A stretch of 55,426 bases of DNA from Nemertoderma westbladi (GCA_032718475.1 JAUCBJ010009065.1:1-55426); one strand, 5' to 3'; numbered from the stretch's first letter, positions 37,684-50,100 are shown. Program-made: numbers and translations. Notes: generated by a model from the sequence alone, not told the origin.

Positions 37684-37961
37684 TTGGAGAGATATGAGAT
37701 ATTAATTTCAAGAAAAATTACGCGATTCCTAAATTTGTACACTACCCGGTTAAAAAGTACGCATGTGATGGGATTAGTCCTACAATTGCGCCAATAAAAG
37801 ATAAGTTATTTTCGGTAAAATAAACTTATCATTCGAGGTGGTACACATGTAGTCTGGCCAAAGTTTAGAAATTTTCCAAGTTGAATTTCCGTGTGGCCTT
37901 CGAGAAGCTAAGATAATAGCAGCTAATTAGTTAATTAAGTTGGTTAATAACTCAACCAAAT

Positions 37962-40900
37962 AGTAATCCGTAATCGATTCGAAGTGCTAGCTGAACGCGG
38001 TGAGGGTGACCCACCCAACCAGCCGGTCAACAACGCCCCCCCCCCCCCCCCCGAAGTGGGCAATCTGGAGGCCAACGGTTAACTGACCGGACTGGTCTGA
38101 GCCAGGCAGAGCTCAGCTTAAATACAGAACTATAGATCGGTTTATTAAATGTGGAAGGCCTTGCCACAACAGTTAATGATCCAAATTTTTGTGAAACAAT
38201 AAGGTCATATGATGTATTCATTTGTGTAGAGACCTTTCTAAGTCCGAACGCATTGGTTAGTGTAGATATTGATGGTTACAGCTCTACTAGGAAATGTAGA
38301 AAAACTAAACACAAAAATGCGAAAAGATTTAGTGGTGGAGTGCTAATCTATTTTAAGGATTATCTAGATCCGTACTTATCGGTTTTGCACGATTTTGACT
38401 CAGATGACATTTTATGGTTAAAGCTTGATTGAAAGGTCATCAAGCACCAGAAAGATATTATTTTGTGTTGTGCGTACATCCCTCCAGTAACTTCCACTAG
38501 TCACGGTGGAGATGCCCTAGGCATTTTAGTCGAGTTAGAACGTGCTGTGGCCTACTTCACGTGTAGGTACAATAATGTTGATTTTCTAATCATTGGTGAT
38601 CTAAATGCACGTACTGTTACCTACCCTTATTTTATCACTGATGACGCATCATGCACTAGCCGAGGGGTAACTGACCTTCTTCCAGATGATTATGTCATCG
38701 ACAGTGATGAATTAATTGCGAATAATGTACTTGTTACTCGCTCAAACATGGATAAGACATTAAATAAATGCGGCAAGGATTTGCTCTCGTTTTGCAAAAA
38801 TCGATAAATGTATTGGTAAATTCTCGAATATTTTTAATGATATTTCCAATGAATATTTTACTACAACAGTAGGACAAAGTGCAAAGGCCAAAGTGCATTG
38901 CCGTGCAATTTGGTTTAATGATAATTGCAATGGTGCAAAATTGGAATTCAGTAGTGCGCTGAAAAATTGGCGTAATTTACGGACTGGCGAATCATATTCC
39001 TTATTGTCGAATAAACGTAAGGTATATAAGAAAACACTTCGTAAAGCCAGATACGAACATTATAACGATGAAGCAACCAAATTGAAACTTCATCGCACTT
39101 CTGAAGCCAAACTATTTTGGAAAAAAGTAAAAAGGGTGTGCGGTGGTAGCAAAGTTAGTAATAGTGCATCCCAGCCGTCACTTGAACAATTCCGCGATTT
39201 TTATAAGAACCAAAGCGACCACGAGTGCAATTTTTGTGATACAGGCGTACCAATACCCCCCCCCCACCGATAATTTTAACCTAAATGATTCTGGAACAAT
39301 TTTTGAACGTGATCTGGGAATGCCATTTACGGAACCAGAAGTGTCAGAAATTATACATAACCTTAAACGTAACAAATCACCAGGTATTGATAATGTACTG
39401 AACGAATTTATGATTGAGGGTTGTGATCATTTAGTCCCTACAGTTGTTATGTTGTTTAATGCTATTCTAGAATATGGTAATTTTCCATCACAGTGGTCTA
39501 TAGGAATTGTTCTGGTTACTCGACTGTAGACCAAATGCTTATCTTAAAGTCACTGATTGACCATTTTCTATCTGGTAATAGCAAGAAACGTAAACTATAT
39601 TGTGCTTTTATTGACTTGAAAAAAGCTTTCGATAGTGTAGACAGAAGTGCTTTGTGGATTAAATTGCTGTCTCTAGGTGTTGGTGGTAAATTATTGAATA
39701 TAGTTAAGAGTATGTATAGTTCGGTAAAAGCATGCGTACGTTCAAATGGGTTATTGTCGGATTCCTACTATTGTATAATAGGAGTTCTACAAGGTGAAAG
39801 TTTGTCACCTTTATTATTTAGTTTGTTCATAAATGACCTTTGAAGCAGAACTATCCAGAGGTGGTTTCGGTGGCATATCTATTGGAGTGCTGAAATTGTA
39901 TTTACTGTTATTTGCTGATGATATTGTTATTATTTCCGACAGTCCAATTGAACTTCAATGTGCATTAAATATTGTAGAACAGTATTGTGATTATTGGTGC
40001 CTTTCAGTAAACATTGATAAATCAAATATTGTAGTATTTCGTAACGGGGGTAGACTATGTAACTCTGATACGTGGTCATATAAAGGTACAAAGTTGACGG
40101 TAGTGAACCAGTACACTTATCTAGGTATTACTTTCTCTGCGTCTGGTAAGTTCAACATTGCGCAACAGGTACTCGCAGAGAAGGCGCAAAAAGCTTATTT
40201 TTCATTACTCAAATTATTTGTAAAATATCCATGTTTGCCATTTGATGTAGCGATATTTTTGTTTAATGCACTTATTAAACCGATATTAAACTACGGTAGC
40301 GAAGTATGGGGATTCCAAGAAGCAATTGATATAGAACGCGTCAATCTGAAATTTTTAAAAAGTTTTTTGCGTATCCGCAGTAATTCTCCCAATTTCGTGG
40401 TTTATGGTGAGACTGGACAGTTTCCACTTTATACAGGCAGGTATCAAAGCATTATTAAGTATTGGTTGAAGGTAGTGCCACTGCCGAAAACTCGTCTATT
40501 GAAGAGAGCATATTCAATGATGCTTGACGACTCTGTCCAGGACCCTTCCGTAGTTAATTGGGCAACCAAGGTAAGAGATTTATTGAACAGCCTCGCTTAC
40601 AGTAATGTGTGGTCCACCCAGAGTGAATTAATACAGTCCAGAACACAGTTCCTTGCATCAGTAAAAGTTCGCATCAGAGATCAATTTAAACAGAGATGGA
40701 GACAGGATATTGTCGAATCACCAAAGGGAGTTTTTACATTAAAGAAACCTTCAGGACATCTTCATATATTCAACTTCTGCACAATCATTTGAGTCTAAGA
40801 CAGTCCTTTGCGCGCTTCCGTTGTAGTTCCCACTATCTTGCAATCGAAACCGGTAGATGGTATAACATTCCTCGGGATCCAACGTCTTTGTATTGTTTGT

Positions 40901-41352
40901 GGCAACGGAGATGTGGAGGACGAGTACCATTTCCTTCTGGTATGCGAGAAATATAATTCTTTACGTTGTAATTATCTTGGTCGGTTCTTTTCTCGGTACC
41001 CGTCCATTTTCAAATTCAACAAATTGATGTGCGCGGTCGACAATAACATAGTTTTCGGAATAGCATTGTATATATTCTATGCAATGAAGGCAAGGGGATC
41101 TGTACTAGGGAGCTCGGGTTTTGAAAACTATACATAACATATTTTTGCTTTGAAATGCGATTTCTTATTATATTTATTTTTTATTGTGTGCTCTTCAATA
41201 TTGTTTATTTTCATTTTGGAATATATTGTATAGATAAGCTCTATATTGTTGATGTGCAGTATAATTGGTAAATTATTATCCATAACTGTGCTTGTGCTTG
41301 TAATCTATCAACAGCGGTCTTAAGTGACCTAAGTTTGAATAATATACTACTA
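37962..41352 (+). mobile_element. Degenerate LINE retrotransposon, RTE-X-like (APE endonuclease, RT and C-terminal Cys/His motif), with frameshifts and deletions
   Basis: APE motifs LLNVEGL, CVETF, SGGVLIY and IIGDLNAR. RT motifs KSPGIDN, AFIDLKKAFDSV, GVLQGESLSPLLF, LFADD and YTYLG. C-terminal SHYLAIETGRW..RLCIVC..VEDEYHFLLVC. Ends approximate. Confidence 0.92.
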
Positions 41353-41383
41353 AAGTAATATCCTAATCTTCTTTAATTTCCAG

Positions 41384-41844
41384 GCGATTGTTACAGCAAT
41401 CCCGGCTTCATGATGGGTTCCTGTCGAGGCTCTTGTGGATACTGTTGGAAATCATTCCTACCTGATCCTCCAACAGACATACAGGTTCTCCCGCTATCCG
41501 GTGGTGATCTCAAAGTAGTTTGGGATGCTGGCTACAATGGCGACCTACCCAACATCTACCATATCGCTTTAACCGATGGCGATGAGTATGTATATGCTTG
41601 GGCAGTCGAAAATCCTTACACATTCATCAAGGATCTTCCACCAGGAGCCTCATATTCGGTGAAGGTGAGGGCTTGCCATGTTGTCGGATGCAGTGAATAC
41701 GTCAGTGCTGATCCAATCTCAGTACCACCTACTTGTTCGTGCACATCGGATATACGGGATATTATACCAGGAAACACATTGCAGCAGTCATTCGGAACAG
41801 CCCTTCTTGTTGAGGTAGAACCCGAGAGTAATGCTGAATTGTAA
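41384..41844 (+). CDS. Exon F: C-terminal half of the ShK domain plus a fibronectin type III domain (3' end uncertain: stop at 41844 or donor after 41814)
   Basis: tttaatttccag|GC (phase 1, completes Gly). Translates to DCYSNPGFMMGSCRGSCGYC, then PDPPTDIQV...LKVVWDAGYNGDLP..YHI...IKDLPPGASYSVKVRACHVVGCSEY (FN3 W, Y, LxPxxxYxVxVxA pattern). Confidence 0.9.
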
Positions 41845-42559
41845 TGTCATAAAAATCTTTCATTTAAATTTTAATCGTACAGAATTTACGTGAGGATACA
41901 TTGCATACAATAGGTAGTATACTGTACATATATATTCCTCACCACCTTTGATAAAACAACTCAAATAAAGTTTCGCAACCCCACCACCCTTACTTTTATT
42001 ATATTTTAACAAATGATTCGAAATTTGTATCTGATGCTAGTTTGAAAATGTTTCTTGCTAGTGGCTAAACGGGTTTTTCAAATTTTCAAATTTTAACAAT
42101 CATCATCAATTCACGGCACCGTAAGCTAAATAATAACATTCTGTTCGGGGTGTTATAACTAAAGTTCAGCAATTTTATTAAATTGATATCAGCATTAGTA
42201 CTTAGAATTATTGGCACAGAGAGCAAGCCCTATATCATTTCCATTAAAGGTATTATTTACAGTAGGCCTAACAACTTATTCTTATGTGATTGGGACTTAT
42301 CCACTTATATCCACGGTGAAGGGTTATTATTTAGGGACTTATTACACGTTGAATAGGTGTAACCCTAAATTTAAAATGGATATTAGATATATATATATAT
42401 AACGGTATATTATATAACATTTACTGCATTTCATAGATGTGACTACGATTTAAAATACATTATATTTAATCACGTGTTGTGCAAACGAAATCGAAATGTT
42501 TTTGACATCCATTTTCCTACAGACAGCGAGTTTGTTTGTAGCACTGATGGATAAAACGA

Positions 42560-42800
42560 GATGGTACATCACCGGGGGTTGAACCAGCGGTATGCACTTT
42601 TGGTCCTAGGAGGCCTCATCAGTAGTGCTAACCAGTTCATTAACTATCCCCCGACCAATCTATCGCTCCCAAGTTTACTTCCCGGGGTGTATACATAAAC
42701 AGAAAAGTTGTATACATGTAACGGTACATCTTGTACCATCAAAAAGCGCCTTGAAATAGTGCATAGAAAGGCGCTCATAAAAAAAAAATAATTATTATTA
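42560..42800 (+). mobile_element. SINE-like remnant with an L2-type 3' tail
   Basis: aagcgccttga...aaaggcgct stem-loop followed by an A-rich/(tta)n tail at 42744-42800. Confidence 0.5.
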
Positions 42801-43002
42801 AAAAATCCCGTTGGTTCGGAAATTATGAAAGAATTTCTACGTTTAGAGCTATTAGGTAAGTTATTTGTTGCTAGGCTTATTTTGAATGTTGTAGCAGCAG
42901 CTTTTTATAAGTATACCATGAGTATTACAAGGGAAGCACGTGTCAACATTATAAAAGATGTATACATAATTTCACAACGCGTTTCGAATTTACTAAATTC
43001 TT

Positions 43003-44191
43003 CTATCTGCTACCCGAAGGTCGGGGTTGGCGCTACTTCAATCTGCTACCCGAAGGTAGGGGTGGGCGCTACTCCTATCTGCTACCCGATGGTAGGGGTG
43101 GGCGCTACTTCTATCTGCTACCCGAAGGTCGGGGTGGGTGCTACTCCTGTCTGCTACCCGAAGGTAGGGGTGGGCGCTACTCCTATCTGCTACCCGAAGG
43201 TAGGGGTGGGCGCTACTCCTATCTGCTACCTGAAGGTAGGGGTGGGCGCTACTCCTATCTGCTACCCGAAGGTCGGGGTGGGCGCTACTCCTATCTGCTA
43301 CCCGAAGGTCGTGGCGGGCGCTACTCCTATCTGCTACCCGAAGGTCGTGGTGGGCGCTACTCCTATCAGCTACCCGAAGGTCGGGGTGGGCGCTACTCCT
43401 ATCTGCTACCCGAAGGTCGTGGTGGGCGCTACTCCTTTCTGCTACCTGAAGGTCGTGGTGGGCGCTACTCCTATCTGCTACCCGAAGGTCGGGGTGGGTG
43501 CTACTCCAATCTACTACCCGAAGGTAGGGGTGGGCGCTACTCCTATCTGCTACCCGAAGGTCGTGGTGGGCGCTACTCTTATCTGCTACCCGAAGGTCGG
43601 GGTGGCGCTACTCCTATCTGCTACTCCAAGGTCGGGGTGGGCGCTACTCCTCTACTACCCGAAGGTCGGGGTGGGCGCTACTCCTATCTGCTACCCGAAG
43701 GTCGGGGTGGGCGCTACTCCTATCTTCTACCCGAAGGTCGGGGTAGGCGCCACTCCTATCTGCCACCCGGAGGAAGGGGCGGGCGCTACTCCTATCTGCT
43801 ACCCGAGGGTAGGGGTGGGCGCCACTCCTATCTGCTACCCGAAGGTAGGGATGGGCGCTACTCCTATCTGCTACCCGAAGGTAGGGATGGGCGCTACTCC
43901 TATCTGCTACCCGAAGGTAGGGGTGGGCGCCACTCCTATCTGCTACCCGAAGGTAGGGATGGGCACTACTCCTATCTGCTACCCGAAGGTAGGGGTGGGC
44001 GCCACTCCTATCTGCTACCCGAAGGTAGGGATGGGCACTACTCCTATCTGCTACCCGAAGGTAGGGGTGGGCGCTACTTCTATCTGCTACCCGAAGGTAG
44101 GGGTGTGCGCTACTACTATCTGCTATCCGAAGGTAGGGGTGGGCGCTACTCCTATCTGCTACCCGAAGGTCGGGGTGGGCGCCACTCCTAT
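43003..44191. repeat. 36-bp GC-rich minisatellite, about 33 copies
   Basis: Unit ctatctgctacccgaaggt(a/c)ggggtgggcgctactc. Confidence 0.98.
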
Positions 44192-45759
44192 TGGACTGAA
44201 TGGACCCTGGCGGTGCTCGAAACTACAACCAAAATGGACACACACAGAGTAGTAAATAACCACAGACGAGACCACACTGGACGCAATTCAAAATTTGGTT
44301 ATATGGAATTTTGTAATAAGGAACTGGGGTTTTGGGATTTGGTGTTTAGTAATTTGTGTTTTGGGATTAACTTGGGGTTACAGAGGCTCTGGTTGACCTC
44401 ATCATCTGTTCATCGAACATATCCAAATGTGAACTATAACTTAATAATCACTTAAAAACACAATATACAAGCCATTTTTATCATCCTTTTCCCGCTTGAA
44501 TTTTTTATGTGGATAAAATTAATATTGTTCTTCACTTGATAGTTAGTCTCTTATTACAAAAAAATTAAAAAATTTTACACCCACTGAAGCCATCCAGAAG
44601 AGAATAGATATTTAAGAATTACAAATAACGTTTATAATAATGTTTATAAGGCTGAATAAAAGGATACAAGTAATATAATTTTATTAGAAAACATTCGTTA
44701 CATTCGTTCGGAAGTACCGGACCTGTTAGGCCTAATAATAATGTGTTTATTGACGATCTGGGCGCTCTGTTTGTGGAGCCTTTGCCTCAGAAATGTAAGG
44801 ACACAGTGGTATCGCTGGTGATATTGTTTTCAAATATAACAATTTTATATTCGATATCAATAAAAACTTATAGGAGAACATTATTATTGACTCATTTTGC
44901 AGTTTTGCGAAATTCAACTAGTTGATTTTTAGGATGAGATTTATACGAGTTGACAAGTTTTTAGAACGAGCGAAGCAAAACTTACTTGTTCTTATAGAAC
45001 ACTAGCTGTTTGTGTGTTTGTTTGTGTCAGTCGTCAAGGTGTGGCCGGGCAGTATGATTACAGCGGTAAACGCCACGCATAGACCTACACACGCACCAAC
45101 TTACACCCCCACATGCACAGTCCTAAACGTACACCTACTTTGTAGGCAGGTTAGAAAAGAAGGAGGTCACGGAGGTATTTTGAGAGGAACCAAAACAATA
45201 AATGAGAGATAAGAAACATGATTTAATTATGATTCAACAGTTTGAGGTTCAACAGTCAGATGTTTTGGCTAACCGGGCGGTCAGTACATGTACAGTATGT
45301 TTACTGTGTTCTGACGGAAGGTGTAAACTGTGGAGACACACCCTGATTTTCACCCACAAACTGGAGAGCAAAAAACAAACTGTGGAGATCCCAGTTTGCA
45401 CTAATGGAAAATTTGGAATCAGAAGATCAAATATAGTGTAAATGTGCGATTTCTATATTAATAACTCGAACTCCACACTTTGTTATCAAAACTCGTGAAA
45501 AAACTCGTTATCAAAACTCGAAAAAATGTGTGTGTGTTTAAAGATTTGGTGTGTAATAGGGTAATACTGGCCACAATTTGTTAATGAAATACGAGAAGCC
45601 CCGATTTGTCATCATCCCCGGTTTGTACAAAAAATGGATCCCCGTTTTGTTAGTGGGAAATTATTATATCGAATTCCCCGGTTTGGTTGAAAAATTTCAT
45701 TTTTTATTTCAATTTATTTATCTAAAATTTTAACGATATCAAATAGAGCAGTGATATTA

Positions 45760-46220
45760 AGCGTACTGCAATAAACAAAAAACGATAATCAATCAAAATT
45801 ATATATATTATTACAAAATTATTCTAAAACCTTTGATGAGCTAAAAACTTTAAGATTCTGCAATAAAAATGATAACACTATAAATTATCGAAATTATTGC
45901 AAAATTATTCTAAGACGTTTGGTAAGCTAATAAATTTAAGATTACGCAATAAAAAGTAGAGGCCTAAATAATATATCGAAATTATATATATTATTGCAAA
46001 ACTTTGTTTATTCTAAATTTTACAAATTATAGCAAAAACATTATTCCGAAACTTTGATTAGCTAAGAAATATTAAGCTACTGCAATAAACCCGAAACTAA
46101 AATCAATCAAAATTATATTTATTATTGGAAAATAATTATAAAACTTTTGGTAAGCAAAAAATTATACTGTATAATATACAGTGCAAAATAATTCAAGCAC
46201 TTTTGATTGGAAATAAAACC
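45760..46220. repeat. Degenerate AT-rich tandem repeat of about 90-160 bp
   Basis: Recurrent ctgcaataaa...atcaaaattatata...aaaattattctaaaacttttg...agctaa blocks. Confidence 0.55.
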
Positions 46221-46699
46221 ATATATATAGGTCCTACAAACATATCGGGATGACGTAGTGGGTCGAATCGTAAATGTTTCTAATCAAACTTTCATGGGCT
46301 GGTAATCTAAAGTAAAGGACAGGTACTAAGTTTGTCTGTTTGTCCGAGTGCCACTGGCGCTGAGCAGACCAGCCGCGTTTGTAAGGGCCAGTGATGGAAG
46401 TTCCAGGGTACAGCGGCGATGGCTGCAGCGTGTGAGGTCCGATAGCTTATAGGTTCTATGAATCGAATGGATCGAAATGCGTCGGAAAGTTCATGCGTAG
46501 TTCTTCTAATCGCGCCCAGAGGCCTTCAATGAACCGAATGCACCACCCTTCTGGCGGGTAAGTGAACACATGGATAGATGGCCAGGATTCTCAATACAGA
46601 TACGTTTATACTACTACTGTAGAATCTGTGACGTTGCTGGAATATAATTTGCACCACAGATATACAATAATAACCAACAGTTATTTACTTCCTAGTAAA

Positions 46700-46890
46700 T
46701 ATGCCTTTTTGTTGCGGCAACAATCTTTAATGCTTCTCCAAGATCGACATTTAAGAACTGGGTGTTTTTCCTGAAGTTCTTCAATGAGAAATTTTCCAGG
46801 CAATTTATCAAACCATTAAAATTGGACAAAATTCACGTAGATATTTTATCTCTTCATTAGTCCAAAGTTTACGCTCTCCTTTTTTCCTAC
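46700..46890 (-). pseudogene. Probable terminal exon of the tyrosine-recombinase gene: Myb/SANT-like domain, frameshifted
   Basis: Acceptor tattacag| on the minus strand, then RKKGERKLWTNEEIKYLREF...KLPGK..IEELQEKHPVLKCRSWRSIKDCCRN. Confidence 0.6.
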
Positions 46891-47171
46891 CTGTAATAGA
46901 TGCAATAATATTGAGAGTAGCAAGAAAAATAATACGATACGATTCAAATATAATATTGCAGATAGGGGGGGGGGGGGGGGGGGGGGGGGGACTGGACGCA
47001 ATAATAATTCATCCCTCTCCAGGGGAAATTCGACGCAAATAACAGCTGATTACTCTCAAAAATAAAACTGTAACCTGTTCTAATGTGTTTAGTTTTTTGT
47101 TTTCGTTAAAATATCGTGCCACTGCAACATGCTCCTTTCCCTAAATTGAGAATTTAACATTGAGGCGGGAT

Positions 47172-47900
47172 ATTAACCCTTTCGGTACCTAACTGGAAAT
47201 TATTCAAACCCCCAACTCCCAACTCTAATTCATGAATTTCTGAAGTCTGTCAGTCATTCTGTCAGTTTCTCTGTCAAGACTTTAGAAAGAATAAAATCTA
47301 CTAACATTCTCGCTATGGGGGTTTTCCTTGTCAAGAAATTCATTTCCGCTGTCAGTTTTCTCTTTTGACCCTATCCAGACTGTCTGTCGGTCTGTCTGTC
47401 GGTCTGTCTGTCCGTCAAAAGTATAAGGAATCACAATAGCTAATTAAAATTCTCGCTATGGGGATTTTCCTGGTCAAGGATTTCATTTCCGCTGTCAGTT
47501 TTCACTTTCGACCCTATCCAGACTGTCTGTCGGTCTGTCTGTCGTTCTGTCTGTCGGTCTGTCTGTCCGTCAAAAATATAAGGAATCACAATAGCTAATT
47601 AAAATTCTTTCTATGGGGGTTTTCCTGATGAAGGATTTCATTTCCGCTGTCAGTTTTCACTTTTGACCCTATCCAGACTGTATGTCGGTCTGTCTGACTG
47701 TCCGTCAAAAATCTAAGTAATCACAATAGCTAATTAAAATTCTTTCTATGGGAGTTTTCCTGGTCAAGTATTTCATTTCCGAATTTTCGCAAAATTTATA
47801 CTGTCTGTCCGCCTGTCTGTCTGTCCGCCTGTCTGTCTGTCCGCCTGTCTGTCTGTCCGCCTGTCTGTCTGTCCGTCATTTTGCCAATCTGTCTGTCATT
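47172..47900. repeat. Element with about 3.5 tandem units of 136-154 bp and (ctgt/ctgtcgg)n microsatellites; starts with a piggyBac-like ttaaccctttcggtacc
   Basis: Units begin ttct(cg/tt)ctatggg at about 47308, 47451, 47605 and 47741. No matching right TIR was seen. Confidence 0.7.
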
Positions 47901-48627
47901 AGATATTTGCGAACAAAGGATTGCGTCTACGTGGTCGTGGTTTCAATCAAAATTTTCGGATTCCTCGTAAAATTGTGAGTTAGAAACTGTCGTTCTAGCC
48001 CATAGGGTCTTGCAAGAAGAAAAATAAGCATATCATTAAACTTTAAATGCGTTTTTGTCAGAACGCCTTTTTTTTGATACTATACGTTTCTACTTGACCT
48101 GCCACAAATGTGTATTTTTCTGCAGATTTTATAATACAGTATAGAAAGCGTTATATATATTTAGTTATGCAACTTTATAGTTTACCTTTCAGCTTTTTGT
48201 CCCTGTTGTTTTGTTTTGGTGCTGGAAAGCCACCTCTAACATTGTCTATAACTTGTGGTTCATCAATCTTTGTGCTGCGGTTTTGTTGTTGTGGAGTTCG
48301 AAAGGCGGCAGCCCCAGCTACAACTTGCTGTTCATCAATATCTTTTCCTCTTCTGATGAGCTGCACTTGATTTGATTTGTTTATTACGTACATTATACAA
48401 CGTATAAGTACAAATTAAGTAAAGTAACACAACATTAATAATTAATGGCACAGCACTGTAGTATAGTAATTATTAGTAGCACATATTATAAAGAGCGTAC
48501 GTAGTGTGGTGTATAAAAGGCACGGGAATATACTATATTCAATATGCACATTACTTATACATACAACAAAAGTTAACGAAAAAATAACATTTACTTACTT
48601 CTAGCACGATGAAATATAGTTTAGCTG

Positions 48628-50100
48628 TTACTGGCGTGTCAACCTGTCACCTTTGCATATAATACTATCTAAATGTTCTCCACGATAATCATTTAGAGCA
48701 CCGGATTCCATTGCCATCAGCAAACTTGATAACTTTGTTACCCTCTGCACCTTATGGGGCAGACGATAATACTGTCGGTGAATATTTATATCATGACCCA
48801 TAAATCCAGCAAGAAGATCAAGATCGTTCTCCTTTAAATTCATTACTTGAACACTTGTAGGTTACGCTTGTATGCTTACGCAGATTTGTCGAATTTATTA
48901 TCCGAGGATTAGAAAGATCGGCAACATTAGCAAACTTCCTTAACACATCGTAACATCTAATGTGTTTCAAACTACCATAATTCGGTCGTGCAAACAAGAA
49001 ATTATTACTTTTTTCGACACCAACATCGTCTCTATATTTTAGGAGCAAGTTTGTAGATGAAACAATCTTATCAGATAATAAAAGGGGTACTATTCTTCCA
49101 CGCTTTCCTACAATTTCAACCATTTGAAATAGTTTACATAAGATCTTTTCAAACGCACTCAGTTGGGCATTTACACATGAATCATTATTCACATGCTGGT
49201 GCTTGTGGAAATCCTCTACTTTAATTCGCGAGACTTCACCCTGCCGGCGTCTATTGAAAATGATGAGATAAGTAAGAACCGATTCGTTTAAATCCGACCA
49301 TGCACTTGTTTCACCATTGCCCAAGCTCTCTGCAAAAACTGAAATGGTTTCTTGCAGGTGTTCACTTAGCTTAACCACATCAGTAGGTAAGGACTTGTCC
49401 TTGTTACGTTGGCGATCACTTATAGTACGCAGGGCATGTCCCGAGACAAATTCAGGCCAACACATTGTGCAAAGCTCTACAAATTTTTCTGCAGTTTCAA
49501 CCAGCTTAGTATTATTTGTTTCCAGTGCATTTGATTTAACAATCGTAGCGCATTTCTTGATTGCGTGGCCCAACTTTAAGACTAGGGAAGGACTTCGTAA
49601 TGTATGGCTTGTTTCATCGAATCCAGCTAATTGATGAGCTGCTTGAATTATTAATGTAAGTTTTGTGGGTTCAATATAATCAATAAGCGTGTCTTGAGGA
49701 TTTTCAGAATTAGATTTTAATTGTATAAGGAGTCTTCCGACTTCACGGAGCTTATGTAAGAGTATCGATCTATATCATGCCCATGTTTGTTGACTTCTCG
49801 TTTACCTAACTTCAAAATTAATGGATTAGAACGAACAGCTAAAGTTATAGTATCAGATCTCATTGCACTTATTACTTCATTTCTTTACCAGAAACCCTAG
49901 GTACACTGCATGGGATCAGTAATCTGCTCTCTTATAGGATCTTCTTGAGCTTTTATTTTCCTGCACAGTTTTAGTATCTTTCAAAGGACACCTATGACGC
50001 CACAAATCATGTCTAATGTATCACCCAAAACAAACCGGGCATGGACTGTAATCAGATTCTTTGTAATGGTAATCGTCGATACTTTTTTTGCTGGGTCTGT
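48628..50100 (-). pseudogene. Decayed tyrosine-recombinase (Crypton-like) gene with an upstream Cys/His finger
   Basis: IIFNRRRQGEV (catalytic R), GKRGRIVPLL (K), NFLFAR, STNLRKH (R) and FMGHDINIHRQYYRLP (H...Y). Upstream PCPVCFG*..DLWRHRC. Stops and frameshifts are present. Confidence 0.85.

Larger units (their letters stand above)
37400..37839 (+). mobile_element. Small insert with an 11-12-bp TSD, perfect 44-bp inverted repeats, a tRNA-like head and a hammerhead ribozyme
   Basis: (t)ggtacacatgt at 37388/9-37399 and 37839/40-37850. Segment 37492-37535 is the exact reverse complement of 37796-37839. Confidence 0.85.
37118..37960. mobile_element. Host repeat element with ~153-bp tandem core units (HINE/Helentron-MITE-like), interrupted by the 37400-37839 insert
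   Basis: Unit accaaacttggtacacatgtagtctggcc...ttccaagttgaatttccgtgtggc...aactcaaccaaa occurs at about 37230-37382 and again split as 37380-37399 plus 37840-37960. The family call is inference. Confidence 0.55.

Noticed and set aside
42523-42582. Extra terminal exon after a donor at 41814
   Set aside because: The acceptor looks good (tttcctacag), but it gives only 19 unremarkable codons overlapping a SINE remnant; this cannot be decided without cDNA.
42825-44455. 475-aa and 272-aa repeat proteins (PICYPKVGVGAT), and a possible minus-strand exon in the same array
   Set aside because: Translations of a 36-bp minisatellite with frame-breaking indels near 43605 and 43650; no independent coding evidence.
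44743-45441. Short ORFs of 60-79 aa, and similar short or antisense ORFs elsewhere in the track
   Set aside because: No motifs or splice support; they are the length expected by chance or are shadows of real elements.
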